A DNA stretch of 64,000 bases from Eledone cirrhosa. Its lineage: Eukaryota. The stretch spans positions 4,030,001 to 4,094,000 of the forward strand of contig OZ024747.1 of the NCBI GenBank assembly GCA_964016885.1, written 5' to 3'. Under the pieces are notes generated by a model. That model saw only the letters and a list, made by a program, of their open reading frames with translations, ran no database searches and had not been told where the DNA came from. Position numbers and translations under genes: made by a program. This document shows, piece by piece, positions 25,316 to 39,698 of this stretch (position 1 is its first letter; each line of letters starts with the position of its first letter).

Positions 25316-26316
25316 TAATGAAGTGAAAGGGAAACAAATTTTAAGTAAACATTTAGAAATTATAATTAAATTTCAAACTAACCTTAGCAATATATTTTTA
25401 ATTTCTGTGATATTATTAAATGACGAAGATGATTATTGATAGAAATGATATGGTATAGCCCCATAACTCCTGATGTAGTTGTAGGGATGACATAGTAGCA
25501 TACAGCATTTCCTGGGCATTTTAAAGCCTGGTCTGAACTCAGCAGGTTTCTTCCAGAAAAGGATAGAGAAAGTGAGAGAAAGGAAGGGAGAAAGAGTTAT
25601 TGATGAAGAATTGTTAAATTTTTCATAGAAAATTACAAAAATTGTTTTTCTTAATGTGTGTTAATAAATTCATGTTTAAATTTATATACATCTGTGTCAA
25701 GGAAATGTCTACAACAATTTTAGTATTTACATTAGAAAATCTCACACAAAATTTAATTGGTCAATCTAGTGACACTACTTATTACTTACGAAATTGGTTC
25801 TGACAATTTTGTGCTTTGACTATGATAAGAAGGAGAATAAAATCTGAATTGCTTAATAAAAGCTCTGCCACTGAACCATAAACTTTTAATATGATGTGGC
25901 AGTGAAATAAAGTATGATATACTTATTCAAGGAAGTAAGTATGCATGTATGTGTCTGTGTATGTATGTATGTATGTATGTATGTATGTATGTATGTATGT
26001 ATGTATGTATGTTTATATGTATATATTTATGTATGTATGTATGTAAGTGTGTATGTATGTCTATACGTACATATGTATGTATAAATGTATGTATGTTCTT
26101 TCTCTTCATTTTGAATTTATTTTTGACTGGCCACCTTCCCGGTGGCAAGGTTGTAAAAAAAAATAATTGTCATTGTGTTTTGTGCAAGTATTCATCCTTT
26201 GAATAATAAGAATGTTTTACAAATTTTGAAGATTCCAGATACCGTGGCCATTTGTAGCTTATGAATTAAGGAGTGCTGTTCTTTTTCCACAAATCGAAGT
26301 TGTTATACTTTGGTCA

Positions 26317-26642
26317 TATAACTTCTGGGGGTGATGTATGGGTGCTGTATTGACATATGCCATTTCTGGGGCACTTTTAAACCTGGTGAAGCCCAATTCT
26401 CTCCAGGTCTAAATACAGCAAATTTTTTCCAGAGAAAGATAGAGAGTGAGAGACTGGAAGTGAGAAATGGATATAGAGGAAGAATCAACCCCAGTAGTAG
26501 ACTGGTACTGTTTTTATTGACTTCGAATGGATGAAAGGCAAAGTTGATCTCAATGGGATTTGAACTCAGAGAAGAGAGATCTGAATAAATACCACAAATC
26601 ATTCTATCTGACGTTCTCATGACTCTACCAATTAACTGCTTC
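26317..26642 (-). mobile_element. Long-tail family A SINE, uninterrupted
   Basis: Reference copy for the split element at 1020-3365. Confidence 0.8.
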
Positions 26643-27524
26643 GTAATAAGTAATACTTAATAAATAATAATTCCATTGATGTTTATAGAAAATATAATTA
26701 TAGTGAATTGATTTGCCATAAAGAGTGAATAAACCAATATTTCTGACCCCTGTCTTCTTTGAGTAGAAAAAATATAGAAGTTGTTACCATGGTTACTGAA
26801 AGGTAAATAAGAAGAAAAACAACTGAAATATTGGATTTTTCCTTCCTTGCAACCAGTAAAGAAATGGAAGGAGATATATGGGATGGAGTTTCACTACTTT
26901 TCAGTTTCTAGAAAGCTTATAATGTCTACCTCTCTTCCTCTCCTACATCATCATCGTCTAAAGTCTGTCTCAATACTGAAGTCTCATCAGGCCAGTGCTT
27001 ATCCCAGTTTCTGTGGCATTAAGCAATTGAGAGTTTAAGACGCTTCCCTGAATATGACACCAGTCCATCATAGAGTTAAAACCCCAGCTACTGCTGGTAC
27101 TTTCAGCTGAGTATACTGGAGCAATGTGAAATGAAGTATTTTGCTCAAGAACACAACTCAGTCTAGAAATCAAACCCAGGATGTTATGATCATAAGTTCA
27201 ACATATTTACCACTAGACCATGTAAACCTTAGTGTATTCCTAGTTTCAAAAATCTATTCCTAACACTGTTTACAACAAATCAATTTACTGTAATTTTTAC
27301 TTTTTTACTTTTTTTTTTACGATCTACCTTTGTGGATCAACACAACACAGACCACAGTGGACCATTTTCAGTTTGCTTGAATTCTGGTTGTTGTGTGTGT
27401 TTATATATTTCACTGGGATTCATCCAGATAATTGTGCACACCCTAAAAGAAAAGAAAGCAATTTCAAGAAAAACATAATTTGTAACTTTCCACTGTTGAT
27501 GTTTCTAAATTCCAATTATCAAAC

Positions 27525-27947
27525 TTTGTCTAACACACGTGGGCATGCCTACAATGCTCAGAGTTGCTGAGCATGGAACAAACTACCTGCATCAGTTGTT
27601 AGCTGTCGAGACACTGCATCCTTTAAAACTTCCATGCTTCCTGAGATTCACCAACACTACACCTGATATCACCCCTCCATACACATGCACACATGTATAT
27701 CATGACTCATACACTGTTCACTTTCCTGACATTTGTACATTATTCTATGTACTATGTACGCCGAGGTTAACTTTGCCTTTCATCCTTACGGGGTCGATAA
27801 AATAAAGTACCAGTAATGCACTGGGATAATTGCTGGCCTTGTGCCAAAAGTAGAAACAATTATTCTATGTACTATACATGCACCTTTTATGAGTTGTAGT
27901 GCACCTGAGCACTGTACAAAATAATTTCATTATTATTATTATTATTA
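27525..27947 (+). mobile_element. CR1 3' fragment with a nested 5'-truncated family A SINE (27760-27858)
   Basis: TRGH/WNKLP motifs; the SINE is flanked by 17-bp TSD ATTATTCTATGTACTAT at 27739 and 27859. Confidence 0.88.
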
Positions 27948-28596
27948 CCAATCAATAATTAAATATTTTTTCTTCTTTTTTCCCTACTCAATGTGTTGTA
28001 GAATATATTAGAGAGATATATGTTCCCTATACTATACTCATCTCATGAGTAGTTCGTAATCACTGTTGGAAGGCTAGAAGAGGTTTGTAGGACAACTCAA
28101 TAAACACAAGTAACAACAGTAACAATATATCAACAAAAAACAAACAAATATACAAGAACCAAACAAATTTGAGAAGCCAAAATAATGACATAGTTTTCAT
28201 ATTGAAACTATCCAAATCTTACTCTGAGATAGATTTTTAATGTTATTTGCTGAAGCCAACAGTATCTGGCTTTCATGATTTGTAGTTTTAAGTAACCAGA
28301 AAACTCCTCATTAAAATCATGTTGAAGCTGTGTTTTGTAAAATGCCGGCCATCAATTTGTCATTTATTTTATTCTATGTAAATACATCAAAATATCTGAC
28401 ATCATTAGTAGTATCGAGATATAAAGAAAAACAATTTCAGTTTGTTATAAACAACAATATAAATGGCTGACATTCCAAGTTCAAATCCTACCAGATCAGG
28501 TTGGCTTTGGTCATTTTAATCTTCAGATGTTGATAAAGTATGAACGTTTATCTACAAAGACTGCAGTCGATTAAACTGTCACTTTGTAAATATAAT

Positions 28597-28785
28597 TGTT
28601 TCTACTTTTGGCACACGGACAGCAAGTATATCAGTGTATTACTGGTACTTTATTTTATCGACCCCGTAAGGATGAAAGGCAAAGTTAACCTCGGCGGGAT
28701 TTGAACTCACACAATAAAGGGCTGTAACTCTTTGCTACAAAGCATGGTGTCCGACCCTCTACCGATACTGCCAATCCACTGCCCC
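28597..28785 (-). mobile_element. Full-length family A SINE with 13-bp TSD
   Basis: TSD TTGTAAATATAAT at 28584 and 28786. Confidence 0.92.
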
Positions 28786-28974
28786 TTGTAAATATAATCT
28801 GTCTGCGTTGCTCTTTGGGGAAAATACCCCAAATCTAGTCAACATCTTTCTTGTCTTTCAGTCTAAACTGTTTAGTTCTTCCACTGTCGATGTGATCACA
28901 CCTGCCCCATATCTAAGGAGTCATACCACCCATGTGTTGATAGCTTCCATCTTATTCCATCCATTCAGTTTCGA

Positions 28975-29465
28975 TAGTGCGTCGGATACGATGCTTTGCA
29001 GAATAAAGTTACGGCCCTTTACGGTCTGAGTTCAAATCCTGCCAAGGTTAATGTTGCCTTTCATACTTATGGGGGTCAATAAAATAAAGTACCAGTAATG
29101 TGTGTGACAGCCCACACCTATGTGTGTGTGTGTGTGACAGCCTACTCCTATGTATGTGTGTGACAGCTCACACCTATGTAGGTTTAGCTGGCCTCCTCCA
29201 AGGTATATCTCGTTGGAGGTGTCTTGGGTAATTTAATGATAGTGACCCCAGTCCCTATCATTTCTACAGCTCTCATTTCTACAGCTGAGTAAACTGGAGC
29301 AACGTGAAATAAAGTGTCTTGCTCAAGGAAACAACACATCCCCCGGTCCGAGAATTGAACTCACAACCTTTCGATTGCAAGTCCAATGCTCTAACCACTA
29401 AGCCATGTGCCTTCACTAGTAATGCACTGGGATAATTGCTGGCCTTGTGCCAAAAGTAGAACCAA
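28975..29465. mobile_element. Family A SINE (+) interrupted by a family B SINE (-)
   Basis: The family A core stops at ACCAGTAATG (29100) and resumes at AGTAATGCACTGGG (29418); the tRNA-like head of family B lies at 29275-29415. Confidence 0.8.
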
Positions 29466-30675
29466 TTATTATTATCATCATCATCATTCCAAATTTCTAC
29501 AATCAATAGCATTGCCAGAATCCTATATAATATATTGAGTCTCTGAGATCAGGGACTGATCTGAGGGGCCAATTAACTCTTCACCTAGCAACCAATACCT
29601 AGAGTTTTTGCTAACAAAAAAAAAAATTTTTTTAATCATTATTGTTATTATTTTTATCATCATCATATCACTGCCAGTAGCAGTGTCCCCACCATAAACA
29701 CCACCACTGCTGCTATCTTTCTTTTCGTCCTTATCATCATCAGCATCATCTCCATTTTTACCTTTTTGATGGTTATCAGAAGAGAAATTTGAATAATTTG
29801 CAAGTCTTCCTACTCATATCTTGGCTTCATGTATTTGCTACCTTGCTATTTCCATTAAAATACAATTTGGACATTGGCAAAGTTACATAATCTTTTTACT
29901 ATTATTAAACATGTTTTTATCATTATCACCAGCGGCAACAGCAGTAGCAGTGACAGAATATTGATAATTTTCTTCATCATTATAATCATTGTCATTCTGA
30001 GTTCAAATCCCACGGAGGTTAACTTTGCCTTTCATGCTTACGGAGTCAATAAAATAAAGTACCAGTAATGTACTGGGTAATTGCTGGCCTTGTGCTAAAT
30101 GTAGAAACAATTATAATCATTGTCATCCATTTCTGTCACCACCAACCATGTGGTACTCATGTTGGCTAGATATTATGGAGAGCAAAGGGGACAACTGCCT
30201 CTGGCTCCTGCAGCAGGGGGTCTCACCAGTGACGACCGTAGCAATTTATTTGTGACCTCAGCTGGGCCTTTTAGTTTTAGAATGGTTAGAATGTTTGAAT
30301 TTAATACCTGTATGTATACCTTTTCAATTCCAATTACTTGCACCAGGCTGACTTTGATATGTAAAATTGGGAGAGGTTTGCTGTGTATGAGGGCCCCCCC
30401 ACAAAAAAACTTGAAGTGCTCCAGGCCACCCAAGGTTTAAATCAGGCCCTGCATGTTGGTTTCCATTTCTTGTTTTTCTCTCCACAATATAGAGATCACT
30501 ATAATCTTCCTGACTGACATATGTACAGTTGTTAGAGAGACCAAGATTGGTGAGTCAGTCTATGGCATCATTTGAAGCATTATGGATTGCTGAGAGGCCA
30601 CCGGGAAAATGTGTGAAGGGGGGAAATCCCAAACAACAAGCAGCACTGCAGTAGTAGTATATATATATATATATA

Positions 30676-30976
30676 AACGGAAAAAATGAAACGAAATTTC
30701 ATTTCCCACTCTTAGTACGGCTTTTACTTAAATATAAGTATGTACACGTACATACATATATGTATACAGACGTACAGTAGTATGTATATATATATACATA
30801 CATGCACAAATATATACATGTACGTATGGATTCACCGAACATTTATTATAATGCTCGGTGTGTTTGTAAACAAACATCCCATATTAAGCCGTAGTGTCCA
30901 GCAACCATCGTTGCTCGTTTGTTCAACACTGACAAAGGAACGCAGTACTAGTTTCAAGCTTATTAGCTATCGTCAG
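30676..30976 (-). mobile_element. PLE pLTR remnant ending in (TA)n
   Basis: Starts with a hammerhead core; CpG-richer than the flanks. Confidence 0.55.
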
Positions 30977-30981
30977 TAACG
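30941..30981 (-). ncRNA. Minimal hammerhead core (stem I disrupted at a SINE junction)
   Basis: CUGACGA u agcu aaua agcu u GAAA cuag UA. Confidence 0.6.
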
Positions 30982-31292
30982 TATGGCCCTGCAATCGAAA
31001 GGTTGTGAGTTCAATTCTCAGACTGGGTGATGTGTTGTTTCCTTGAGCAAGACACTTTATTTCACATTGCTCCAGTTTCCTCAGCTGTAGAAATGAGATG
31101 ATAGGGACTGGGTCCCTATCATTCCACTGCAAAGTGGTCGTGGAGGTGCCACGGCAAAAAATCCCCCAGCCCACACTGTAAATGAGGTTGGTGTTAGGAA
31201 GGGCATCCAGCTGTAGAAATCAAGCCAGAATCAGTTCCCGTCCCACCCTTGCAAGCAGGGAAAAGTGGACGTAAAATGAAATGATGATGATG
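30975..31292 (+). mobile_element. Near full-length family B SINE (tRNA head, CCTTGAGCAAGACACTT core, RTE-like 3' tail)
   Basis: B-box GAGTTCAATTC; tail CCTTGCAAGCAGGGAAAAG.GGACGTAAAA(TGA)n matches the RTE 3' ends at 49850 and 59408. Confidence 0.88.
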
Positions 31293-31845
31293 AGAGAGAG
31301 AGAGGAAAATGTTCAGCTGTCGAAACGGCTTGAGCTTGCCGTCTTGAACATTTTCCTATTACCCACTCTACTACCCAAAGTATTGAGTACTCTCGTGCGT
31401 TATGGTCCACCTGGTTCCTTACGACACTCCTTCGTTATATATATATATATATATATATATGTTCAGAAGAGATTGTTTTGGTAAAAACAGGAGTAAGCAA
31501 GAGAAAGCTGTCAGCAATCATAGTTTTTAGTTATGATGGAGATTTTTTTCCGTTGATAGCATTTTCTCTAGCAAACGTGACGTCTGGGAAACCCTTCAAG
31601 GAACTCATATGTCTGCTGGGCACACAAACAATAGGACGTGCGTTTTTTTCCTTCCGGTGGCATATCAAACATATCGTATATCATTTGAGGATACCGTTCT
31701 CATAACAACAACAAATGCATGAAGGAGATCTCGATGGAGAACCGTGGAAATAATTATAATGATTAAACGATATATGTAACCTCAGCATCTTATTTTGTTA
31801 TATATCAGATGTGAGAAAAACCACAGACCCTCCATCTGAACTCTA

Positions 31846-31881
31846 CTTTTGAAAAGCAGAAGAACTGCGAAACCGGTAAAG
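31846..31881 (+). ncRNA. Decayed hammerhead motif
   Basis: cuu UUGAAAA gcag aagaa cugc GAAA ccgg UA aag; two core substitutions, stems intact. Confidence 0.5.
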
Positions 31882-32019
31882 GAACCAAATAAATATATAT
31901 ATTTTTTAAAATAAGACTCCAGTTGCATTTTCGATTTCATCTTTTTTTCTTTATACTTTCACTCGTGTAGGACACCTCGGTTATTTTTCATTTTGTAAAA
32001 AAAAACTCACTTTCTAATA

Positions 32020-32053
<34 letters not shown>

Positions 32054-33756
32054 CATATATACATATATATATATATGCATATGTGGTGTTAACGGCTGAG
32101 AGAAAGAAGTATTCAATACCGAAGTAGAGTTTTATATTAAAGCTAAATAGTGAGTCTTGTTACTCTGGAGTTTTGCCTGTCATCAGACATAGAGAGAAGG
32201 AATAGACAGATAGATAGGTAGATTAGCAGATAAATGGTTAGATTGAGAAGATGGAATATTCTAAAGAAATCACTGCTTATTAGTAATGATAGTTGGGCTC
32301 AGAAATATAGTATTTTAATCCATCTTATTTCTCTTATAACCCACGATTTCTGCTTCTTTCTGCCATTCTTTCTCAAACTATTCCTCTATTTCTTCCCCAC
32401 CATCGCTGAATAATTTGTGGCTATGATAGACATATTGGCGTCTCGGAAACTGTTTATCTATAGTTAATCCTAGATTACTAACAATAATTCTTCCCCTACA
32501 GTTCCAACCATGCAGCAATGACAAGCAATATAATGAGATTGTGTTCAAATTTAATGACTGATAATCTTAGCTAATTGAGATAATTATAATTAAATGATAT
32601 TTAGATATATTCTTCAATATATTTCTTAAAAGTCTCTTTCACCAATTATTTTCCAAAGTGCAAGATCTATTAAAAACCTATACTGAAATTACACAAGAAA
32701 ATATCTTCATCAAGAGAATGTTCCTAATAACCAGTGATAATTAATTAGTCATTATATTTATTAATATCTAAGTTTTACATGTCTAATTTTTTTTTTTTTT
32801 ATATATTTGTTTTTATTTTTTTTTTGTTTCTCTATATTCTTTTCTATATATTTTTTAATTTTATATTTTTTTAATTTTATATTTTTTTATTTTTATATTT
32901 TTTTTATTTCTATTTCTATATATTTTTATTTCTAGTTTTTTTTTCTATATATATATTTTTTTTGTTCTTATTTGTTTTTAATGATAATTTTTCAATGAAA
33001 AATTATCTGTCTCAGTTGTTATGTTAGGAATATGATTGATGTTATTGCTCTTGGTTAGTTCAATAATTCAGCTCTGATATAGCTAAACTATCATAAATAG
33101 TGTCCCAGCCATGACCATCTCATCTGCTTTTACAGACATATTACATTTAAGATTCCATTATCTGATGCATCCATTTTTTAAAAAAAGAGAGTCAAGTATA
33201 ATTTAAAGGTGATTTGGCTGTTATTTCTAGTAAATTAAGAGACAACATAAAGGGCTTTCTTGTTGTCTCAAGTGTCATTTATTAAACATATTTTTAAAAA
33301 AAGATTTTTGTCAAAATAATTTCGATCTTAATAAAAGATAACATTACATAAAGTTAATAAAGAATTTTATATTTAGTCAAACACAGAAAAATAAAGTAAC
33401 ATTAGAAAAGACTATAAATGCTATAAATGAAAAGGAAGGAAAAGGCGAAGATTATTAAACAACAAAAACATTATTGTTGTTTAATCCCTCGCTCAGTTGA
33501 GCCGTAATAAACTTGAGATTAATGACATTCCATCTTTTGTTTTAAGAGAGTAGAATATGATCTGAGAGATATTTCACTGCTATATCTAACAAGTCAAACA
33601 ACCATATAGAAGCATCCTTTAAACACTTGTTCATATGGTTGTCCTCATGAAATATATCCAGTCAGCTTTGCTTAAGTTGGGTCATATCCTTGAGCAAGCT
33701 AGGATGTCCACCATCTTTTTTATTGCAATTTCTGAACAATATTAAGAGTGTTGGTA

Positions 33757-34007
33757 TCATCATCATCATCATCGTTTAACATCTATCTTCCTTGCTAGCA
33801 TGGGTTTAGATGGGAATTGTCCCACTTGAGGCAAGATTGGTTGTCTTGCTCGTATAGGACTGTCTGGTAGGTTTTCTATGGCTGGATGCCCTTCCTAACA
33901 CCAACAACATTTACAGTGTGGACTGGGAGGTTTTTACCATGTTACCTACACGGCCACATTACAGCATGGACTGTGTGTTCTTTTTGTCCTGACACCTACA
34001 CAACCTC

Positions 34008-34010
<3 letters not shown>
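33757..34010 (-). mobile_element. RTE 3' UTR fragment
   Basis: Homolog of 4283-4540. Confidence 0.85.
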
Positions 34011-34048
<38 letters not shown>

Positions 34049-34442
34049 GTTAAGGCCTCCTTTGGTCAAGGCTGACCACGGGTAGTATCCTGTTGTCAGC
34101 TCAGCTGGAGCAGTGTCTCCAATGGCTAAACAGACCTATACGTGAGTGACAGTCTCTGTCACATTGAACACATTTGTATATGGTCTCTGGTCTGTTGGAT
34201 TTATATAGTTGGTATATATTTATAACTGTATAAAGTTAACTGCCTCTTATACGTAGGCATCTTGGGGTATTATGTAAGTAACAATTGACTTTTTTTAGCT
34301 GATTTGACTTGTATCCTCCCCAAAAGAGATTTTGGCTTAAGTTAGAGCTGTCAACATGAATGGACCTGTTATTTTTATCTAAAGACATTTTTTTCCAATT
34401 CCACCCCACCCGTCCCCTCAATCAATCTTATTTCTCATTCTT

Positions 34443-34477
34443 TCTTCTGTGAAGGACTAGCGTCCGAAACGTTAAGA
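34443..34477 (+). ncRNA. Decayed minimal hammerhead (family of three copies)
   Basis: ucuu CUG-UGA a ggac uagc gucc GAAA cg UU aaga; homologs at 57530 and 60109. Confidence 0.6.
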
Positions 34478-34741
34478 CCCTCTTCCTGCTATATCAAGCG
34501 TTAACCTAATATATCCCTTCCATATACTGTACCGATTGTGTTGTTATTTCTGTTTACCTTTTACATATATATAACGAAGAAAGTGTGTTAAGGAACCAGG
34601 TGGACTATAATGCACCAGAGTACTCAATACTTAGGGTAATAGAGTGGGGTCCTCAGTCTTTTCCTATATATATATATGTATGTATGTATGAATGAATAAT
34701 TAACAAAGAGAAGATAAGACAATGAACGGAAAGAAAACAAA

Positions 34742-35095
34742 ATGTCCACGGGTGTTTGAGATATGATGCCCAGGGTTGTTGTTGGAAAGATGGTTGATAA
34801 TCTTATGGCTGTCTACCAAGTCAGTTGCCAGATGTCAGAGTTTTAATGTATCCATACCCAGAGAAGCAAGGCGTTCAGAGTTTGGTAGATGTCTGACGGA
34901 GGGTATTTGTTTGGTTGCAAGCTTCTGAACAGTTTCCAGATCAGTATTCTGAGAAAGATAGTTGTTCCAGACTGCTGATACAAGTGTGGATGTACCATAG
35001 GCATATACAGCTTTACATAGATAGCTGGAGAGCAGCTGACAATGACCTTATTGAAGGATGCTAAGACACCGTCAGCCTTCTTGACAACTTTAGAT
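34742..35095 (-). pseudogene. CR1 RT C-terminal region (frameshifted)
   Basis: KLYMPMVHPHL...LETVQKLATKQIPSVRHLPNSERLASLGMDTL...DLVDSHKII...SNTRGH, the region upstream of the CR1 3' fragments. Confidence 0.85.
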
Positions 35096-35768
35096 TTGAT
35101 CTCTTAGGGACACAAGAATCCTTTAGCTGGTTGAAGTGAAATATAGAAAGAATTCGCACATCATGGATTATTTGTAGACTGTAAACTTGATATCAATATA
35201 TGCTACGAAGAAGAATATTTGAAACCAAAGCCTCCTTGAGCAGAAGTCTTTGTAACAGAGTAAATTCCTCTAAAGACACCCAATGATCAAGTGGATGTAT
35301 TAAACTAGGCAATGGATTAACTTTAACATGATTTGCACAGCTTACGGCTATATAATTTCACCTACAAACGTATGCATAACTCTATTAACTTGTTTTTTTT
35401 TTATGCAAAACTTCACTAGTTTTCTCAGACCTTGCTCTGAAAATACAATAATTTGCTTTTATTAACATTTTGTCAAACCGACAACTGGCTCTGTCTATAT
35501 ATATGTCAAAGAGACAGCGAGGGACAACAAGAGAAGGAGAGGGACAAAGAGAGAGAGTCAGTGAGGGACAAGAGAGGAAGAGGGACAAAGAGAGAGAGGA
35601 GAGAGAGAGAAAGCAAGAGAGAGAGATAGGGGGGGGGATATAACAAGCTAATCAAACCAGTAACTCGTAGATCTTGTAGCTTTTTAGAATACCTAATGAT
35701 GGTTGCCATGGAGAGTAATACATCATGTGCCTTTCTGATTATGAGTGTATATATGTATATACATGTGC

Positions 35769-35810
<42 letters not shown>

Positions 35811-35861
35811 GTTATATATGTATATACATGTGCATGTGCATATATATATATATACATGTGC

Positions 35862-35925
<64 letters not shown>

Positions 35926-36029
35926 GTTATATATGTATATACATGTGCATGTGCATATATATATATATACACACACACATATATGTGTGTGTTTCTATGT
36001 ATGTAACAATCAGTAATTATCTATCTATC

Positions 36030-36400
36030 TATCTATACTTTGGAAGAAGAATCAGGATGGAGAGAGAGATGCTGTACCCCAGCAAGTTTTATGAAAGGTG
36101 GGTGAAAGTGGCGAGAATGGCCCGAGTGAATGGGCCTTCTCTCTATATCAGCCTGTAGGTTGAAGAAAAGGAGGAGGAGAGGAAAGGAGTACAAACTTTT
36201 CGTACTCCTGGAGATGAGGGTTGCACATTTTTTCGGGGGATATGTGTTACCCATATAAACTGTCTCCCCCTATTGGGGAAAATCAACTAATTTTTAAATT
36301 GCATTTGTGATAACATTTTACACATTTTTATTGTATGTAAACTTCCCCGTTTGTATTTGTCCCCTTCTTGTGTGCCCCTGTGGCTAATAAAGAAACATAT
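36030..36400 (+). mobile_element. Tx1/L1-like LINE 3' end
   Basis: [10 protein letters not shown]...FYERW C-terminus, 3' UTR and AATAAA. Confidence 0.65.
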
Positions 36401-36470
36401 CTATATATAGATATATATATAGAGAGAGAGATATAGATACAAAGAGAAAGACATATAATATATCTATCTA

Positions 36471-36509
<39 letters not shown>

Positions 36510-36689
36510 CGAGTGAAAAGTGGTAAAGAACCAGGTGGACCATAACGCACCAAAGTACTCAATACTTAGGGTAGTAGAGTGGGTAATAGGAGTAAGTAAG
36601 ACCCCGACGGCTGAGCTCAAGCCGTTTCAACGGCTAATTCTAATAGCCGTCGAAACGGCTTGAGCTCAGCCGTCGGGGTCTTACTTACT

Positions 36690-36731
<42 letters not shown>

Positions 36732-36910
36732 AACAAGTATGACCCCGACGGCAGAGCTCAAGCCGTTTCTGTCCAGAAATAGCCGTTGAAACGGCTTGAG
36801 TTCTGCCGTCGGGGTCATACTTGTTCCTATTACCCACTCTACTACCCTAAGTATTGAGTACTTTGGTGCGTTATGGTCCATCTGGTTCCTTACCACATTT
36901 CCTTCGTTAT
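36510..36910. mobile_element. Head-to-head pair of hairpin-headed elements around (TA)n
   Basis: 36510-36693 (-) and 36727-36910 (+), each with its own internal palindrome. Confidence 0.85.
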
Positions 36911-37297
36911 ATATATATCTGTCTATCTACCCATCCATTAACAACATTTCTCCATCAGCTGCTGTTATGTTCAATACCAGTGCTATTGGTTGGGCAGCAG
37001 TATTCTATTGGGCAATACATGATGCTGGATTGAAACCTATCACCAATGAGCTGTGAGTGCCTTAAACACATGCTTACTCATAGTACCCTCCTTTACCTCT
37101 TTTGTAATATTAGATTAGCTTTTGTAACTGAATCACAGAAATTCAAACCTGATTTGCTTCACACAGCTTCATATATTTAGAGAATCTCTCAGATGTTCTG
37201 GATTCTCAGTGAGGGAAGGAAAGATTTTTTTTTTTCCTTTGTTTCACCTCATTTCTTATTGAAATTGGTATTTTTTTCTATCAAAGACACACGCACG

Positions 37298-37331
<34 letters not shown>

Positions 37332-37508
37332 CGTGTGTGTGTGTGTATATATACATTCATACATACACTCTTATAACTAGAGGTACATATGTGATTATGC
37401 ATGCGTGTGTGTGTATGTGTATGTGTGTAATGTATACACATACATATACACACATATATATATATATATATGTATAAATGTATATATAAATATATACATA
37501 TATATAAA

Positions 37509-37555
<47 letters not shown>

Positions 37556-37751
37556 ATACATAAATATGTGTGTATATATACATATATATGTGTATGTATA
37601 CACACACATACACATACACACACATACACACACATACACACACACACACACATATATATATACAGATATGTATTTATATATCTGAATTACAACTTACTGT
37701 CATTTCTTGCTCACTGTGGATAACTATATATTTAGATATTTTTGACTGAAA

Positions 37752-37797
<46 letters not shown>

Positions 37798-38439
37798 TTG
37801 TGATATATAATATATATGCCAGTACTTTCCTCTAGCTCTGCGAGGAAATCAATTTTCCCAACAAAGTGATGGAACCATAGCAAAATTGCAGAAGGGGTGG
37901 AGGGAGAGAGGTTGATACCTAAAAGGAAAAAAAAAATGGGAAAAAAAATAGACATGAAAAAATGTGAAGGAAATTTGAGTAAAAGGAAGGAAGGAAGGAA
38001 AAAACTGGGAGTGATTACCTCCCTTGTTTTGCTGGTGCAGTTTTTAAGTGGTTTGAAGGATAGCTTTTTGTAATAAATCATGGCATGGTTCTTGCTATGC
38101 TTACCGTATCATTTGAGAATCTCAGCTAATAATCCTCTTTCCTTCATTTTTTTCCTTCTTTCCTCCCTTCCATTCTAAATCTGAGATACCCACACTGACT
38201 CCAATGTTCTGAAAAAAAAAAGAATTTCATTTTTTTTTTTCTTCACCATCTTTCTGAAAAATTTGGCTTTTTCTTTCTTTTTTCTTCTTAACTTTCTTAT
38301 ATTTTTAACAATCACTTCACACTCACTCTCCTCATCCCATCCCCCTAACAATCACTTCACCCCCCCCCCTCTCATTGCTTCCTCCATCTCTCTCCCCCTA
38401 ACAACTACTTCACCCCCCCCACACCCACTCCCTTCTGGC

Positions 38440-39365
38440 CACCATCATAACCCCCCCCCTACCTCTCACCATCACCATAATCACCACTAGAACCAACATC
38501 ACCACAACAACATCAACACCACCACACTCACAGCACCACCAGTACCACCACCACCACCACCACAGCCACCAACACCATGATGATAATCAGCAGCAGCAGC
38601 ACCACCACCAAGACTACCGATACTACCATCACCACGACAACAACTACCACCAGTACTATTACCACAAAGACCATGACAACCAACACCACCACCACCACCA
38701 CCACCACCACCACTACCAGCACCTCAATCACAACCAGAGCCCCCACCACCACCACCACCACCACTACCATCACCACTACCAGCACCTCAATCACAACCAG
38801 GGCCCCCACCACCACCACCACCACTACCATCACCACTACCACCACCATCACCACTATCACCACCATCACCACTACCATCACCACCACCACCACCACTACC
38901 ATCACCACTACCACCACCATCACCACTATCACCACCATCACCACTACCATCACCACCACCACCACCACTATCACCACCATCACCACTACCACCACCATCA
39001 CCACTATCACCACCATCACCACTACCAGCACCTCAATCACCACCAGGGGCACCACCACCACCACCACAAACACCACCACTACCATCACCACTACCACCAC
39101 CATCACCACTATCACCACCATCACCTCAATCACCACCAGGGCCACCACCACCACCACTACCATCACCACTACCAGCACCTCAATCACCACCAGCACCACC
39201 ATCATCACCACTGTCACCATTGTCACCACCACCACTACCACTAAGACAACCACCATCAATGCCACCACTACCAGCACCACTGTCACCTCCACACCCCCCC
39301 TTCCACCACTGTCACCTCCACACCCCCCCTTCCACCACTGTAACCCCACCACCACCACCACCACT
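38440..39365. repeat. (CAC/CAT/TAC)n compound trinucleotide tract
   Basis: Simple repeat with recurring ACCAGCACCTCAATC motif. Confidence 0.9.
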
Positions 39366-39446
39366 CTATATGTCATGTATTGATTGCTGTGTAAATAAAG
39401 CTGAGTGGGATTTGAGAAAAAGAATAAGAGAAAAGTATAAAGTTAT

Positions 39447-39494
<48 letters not shown>

Positions 39495-39667
39495 TGTCTT
39501 AGTGTATGTGAGAGTGTTTGTGTGTGTTTCTGTGTATGTGTGTGGGGGGGGGGGGAATCCTGTGCCGCTGGTGAAGTGAGTGAAACGGGCTGGAAATGAT
39601 TGTAAAATATATAGTGAGGGGGAGGGGGAGAAGAAGAAGAAGGAAAAGAAGATGATGATGATGACAA

Positions 39668-39698
<31 letters not shown>

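Noticed and set aside
26783-26796. RFX X-box-like GTTACCATGGTTAC (also GTTGCCATGGAGAG at 35702)
   Set aside because: Isolated short motifs without supporting promoter or gene structure.
38577-39383. Mucin-like Thr-rich ORF
   Set aside because: Trinucleotide simple repeat open on both strands; the same applies to the poly-Val ORF at 55037-56020.
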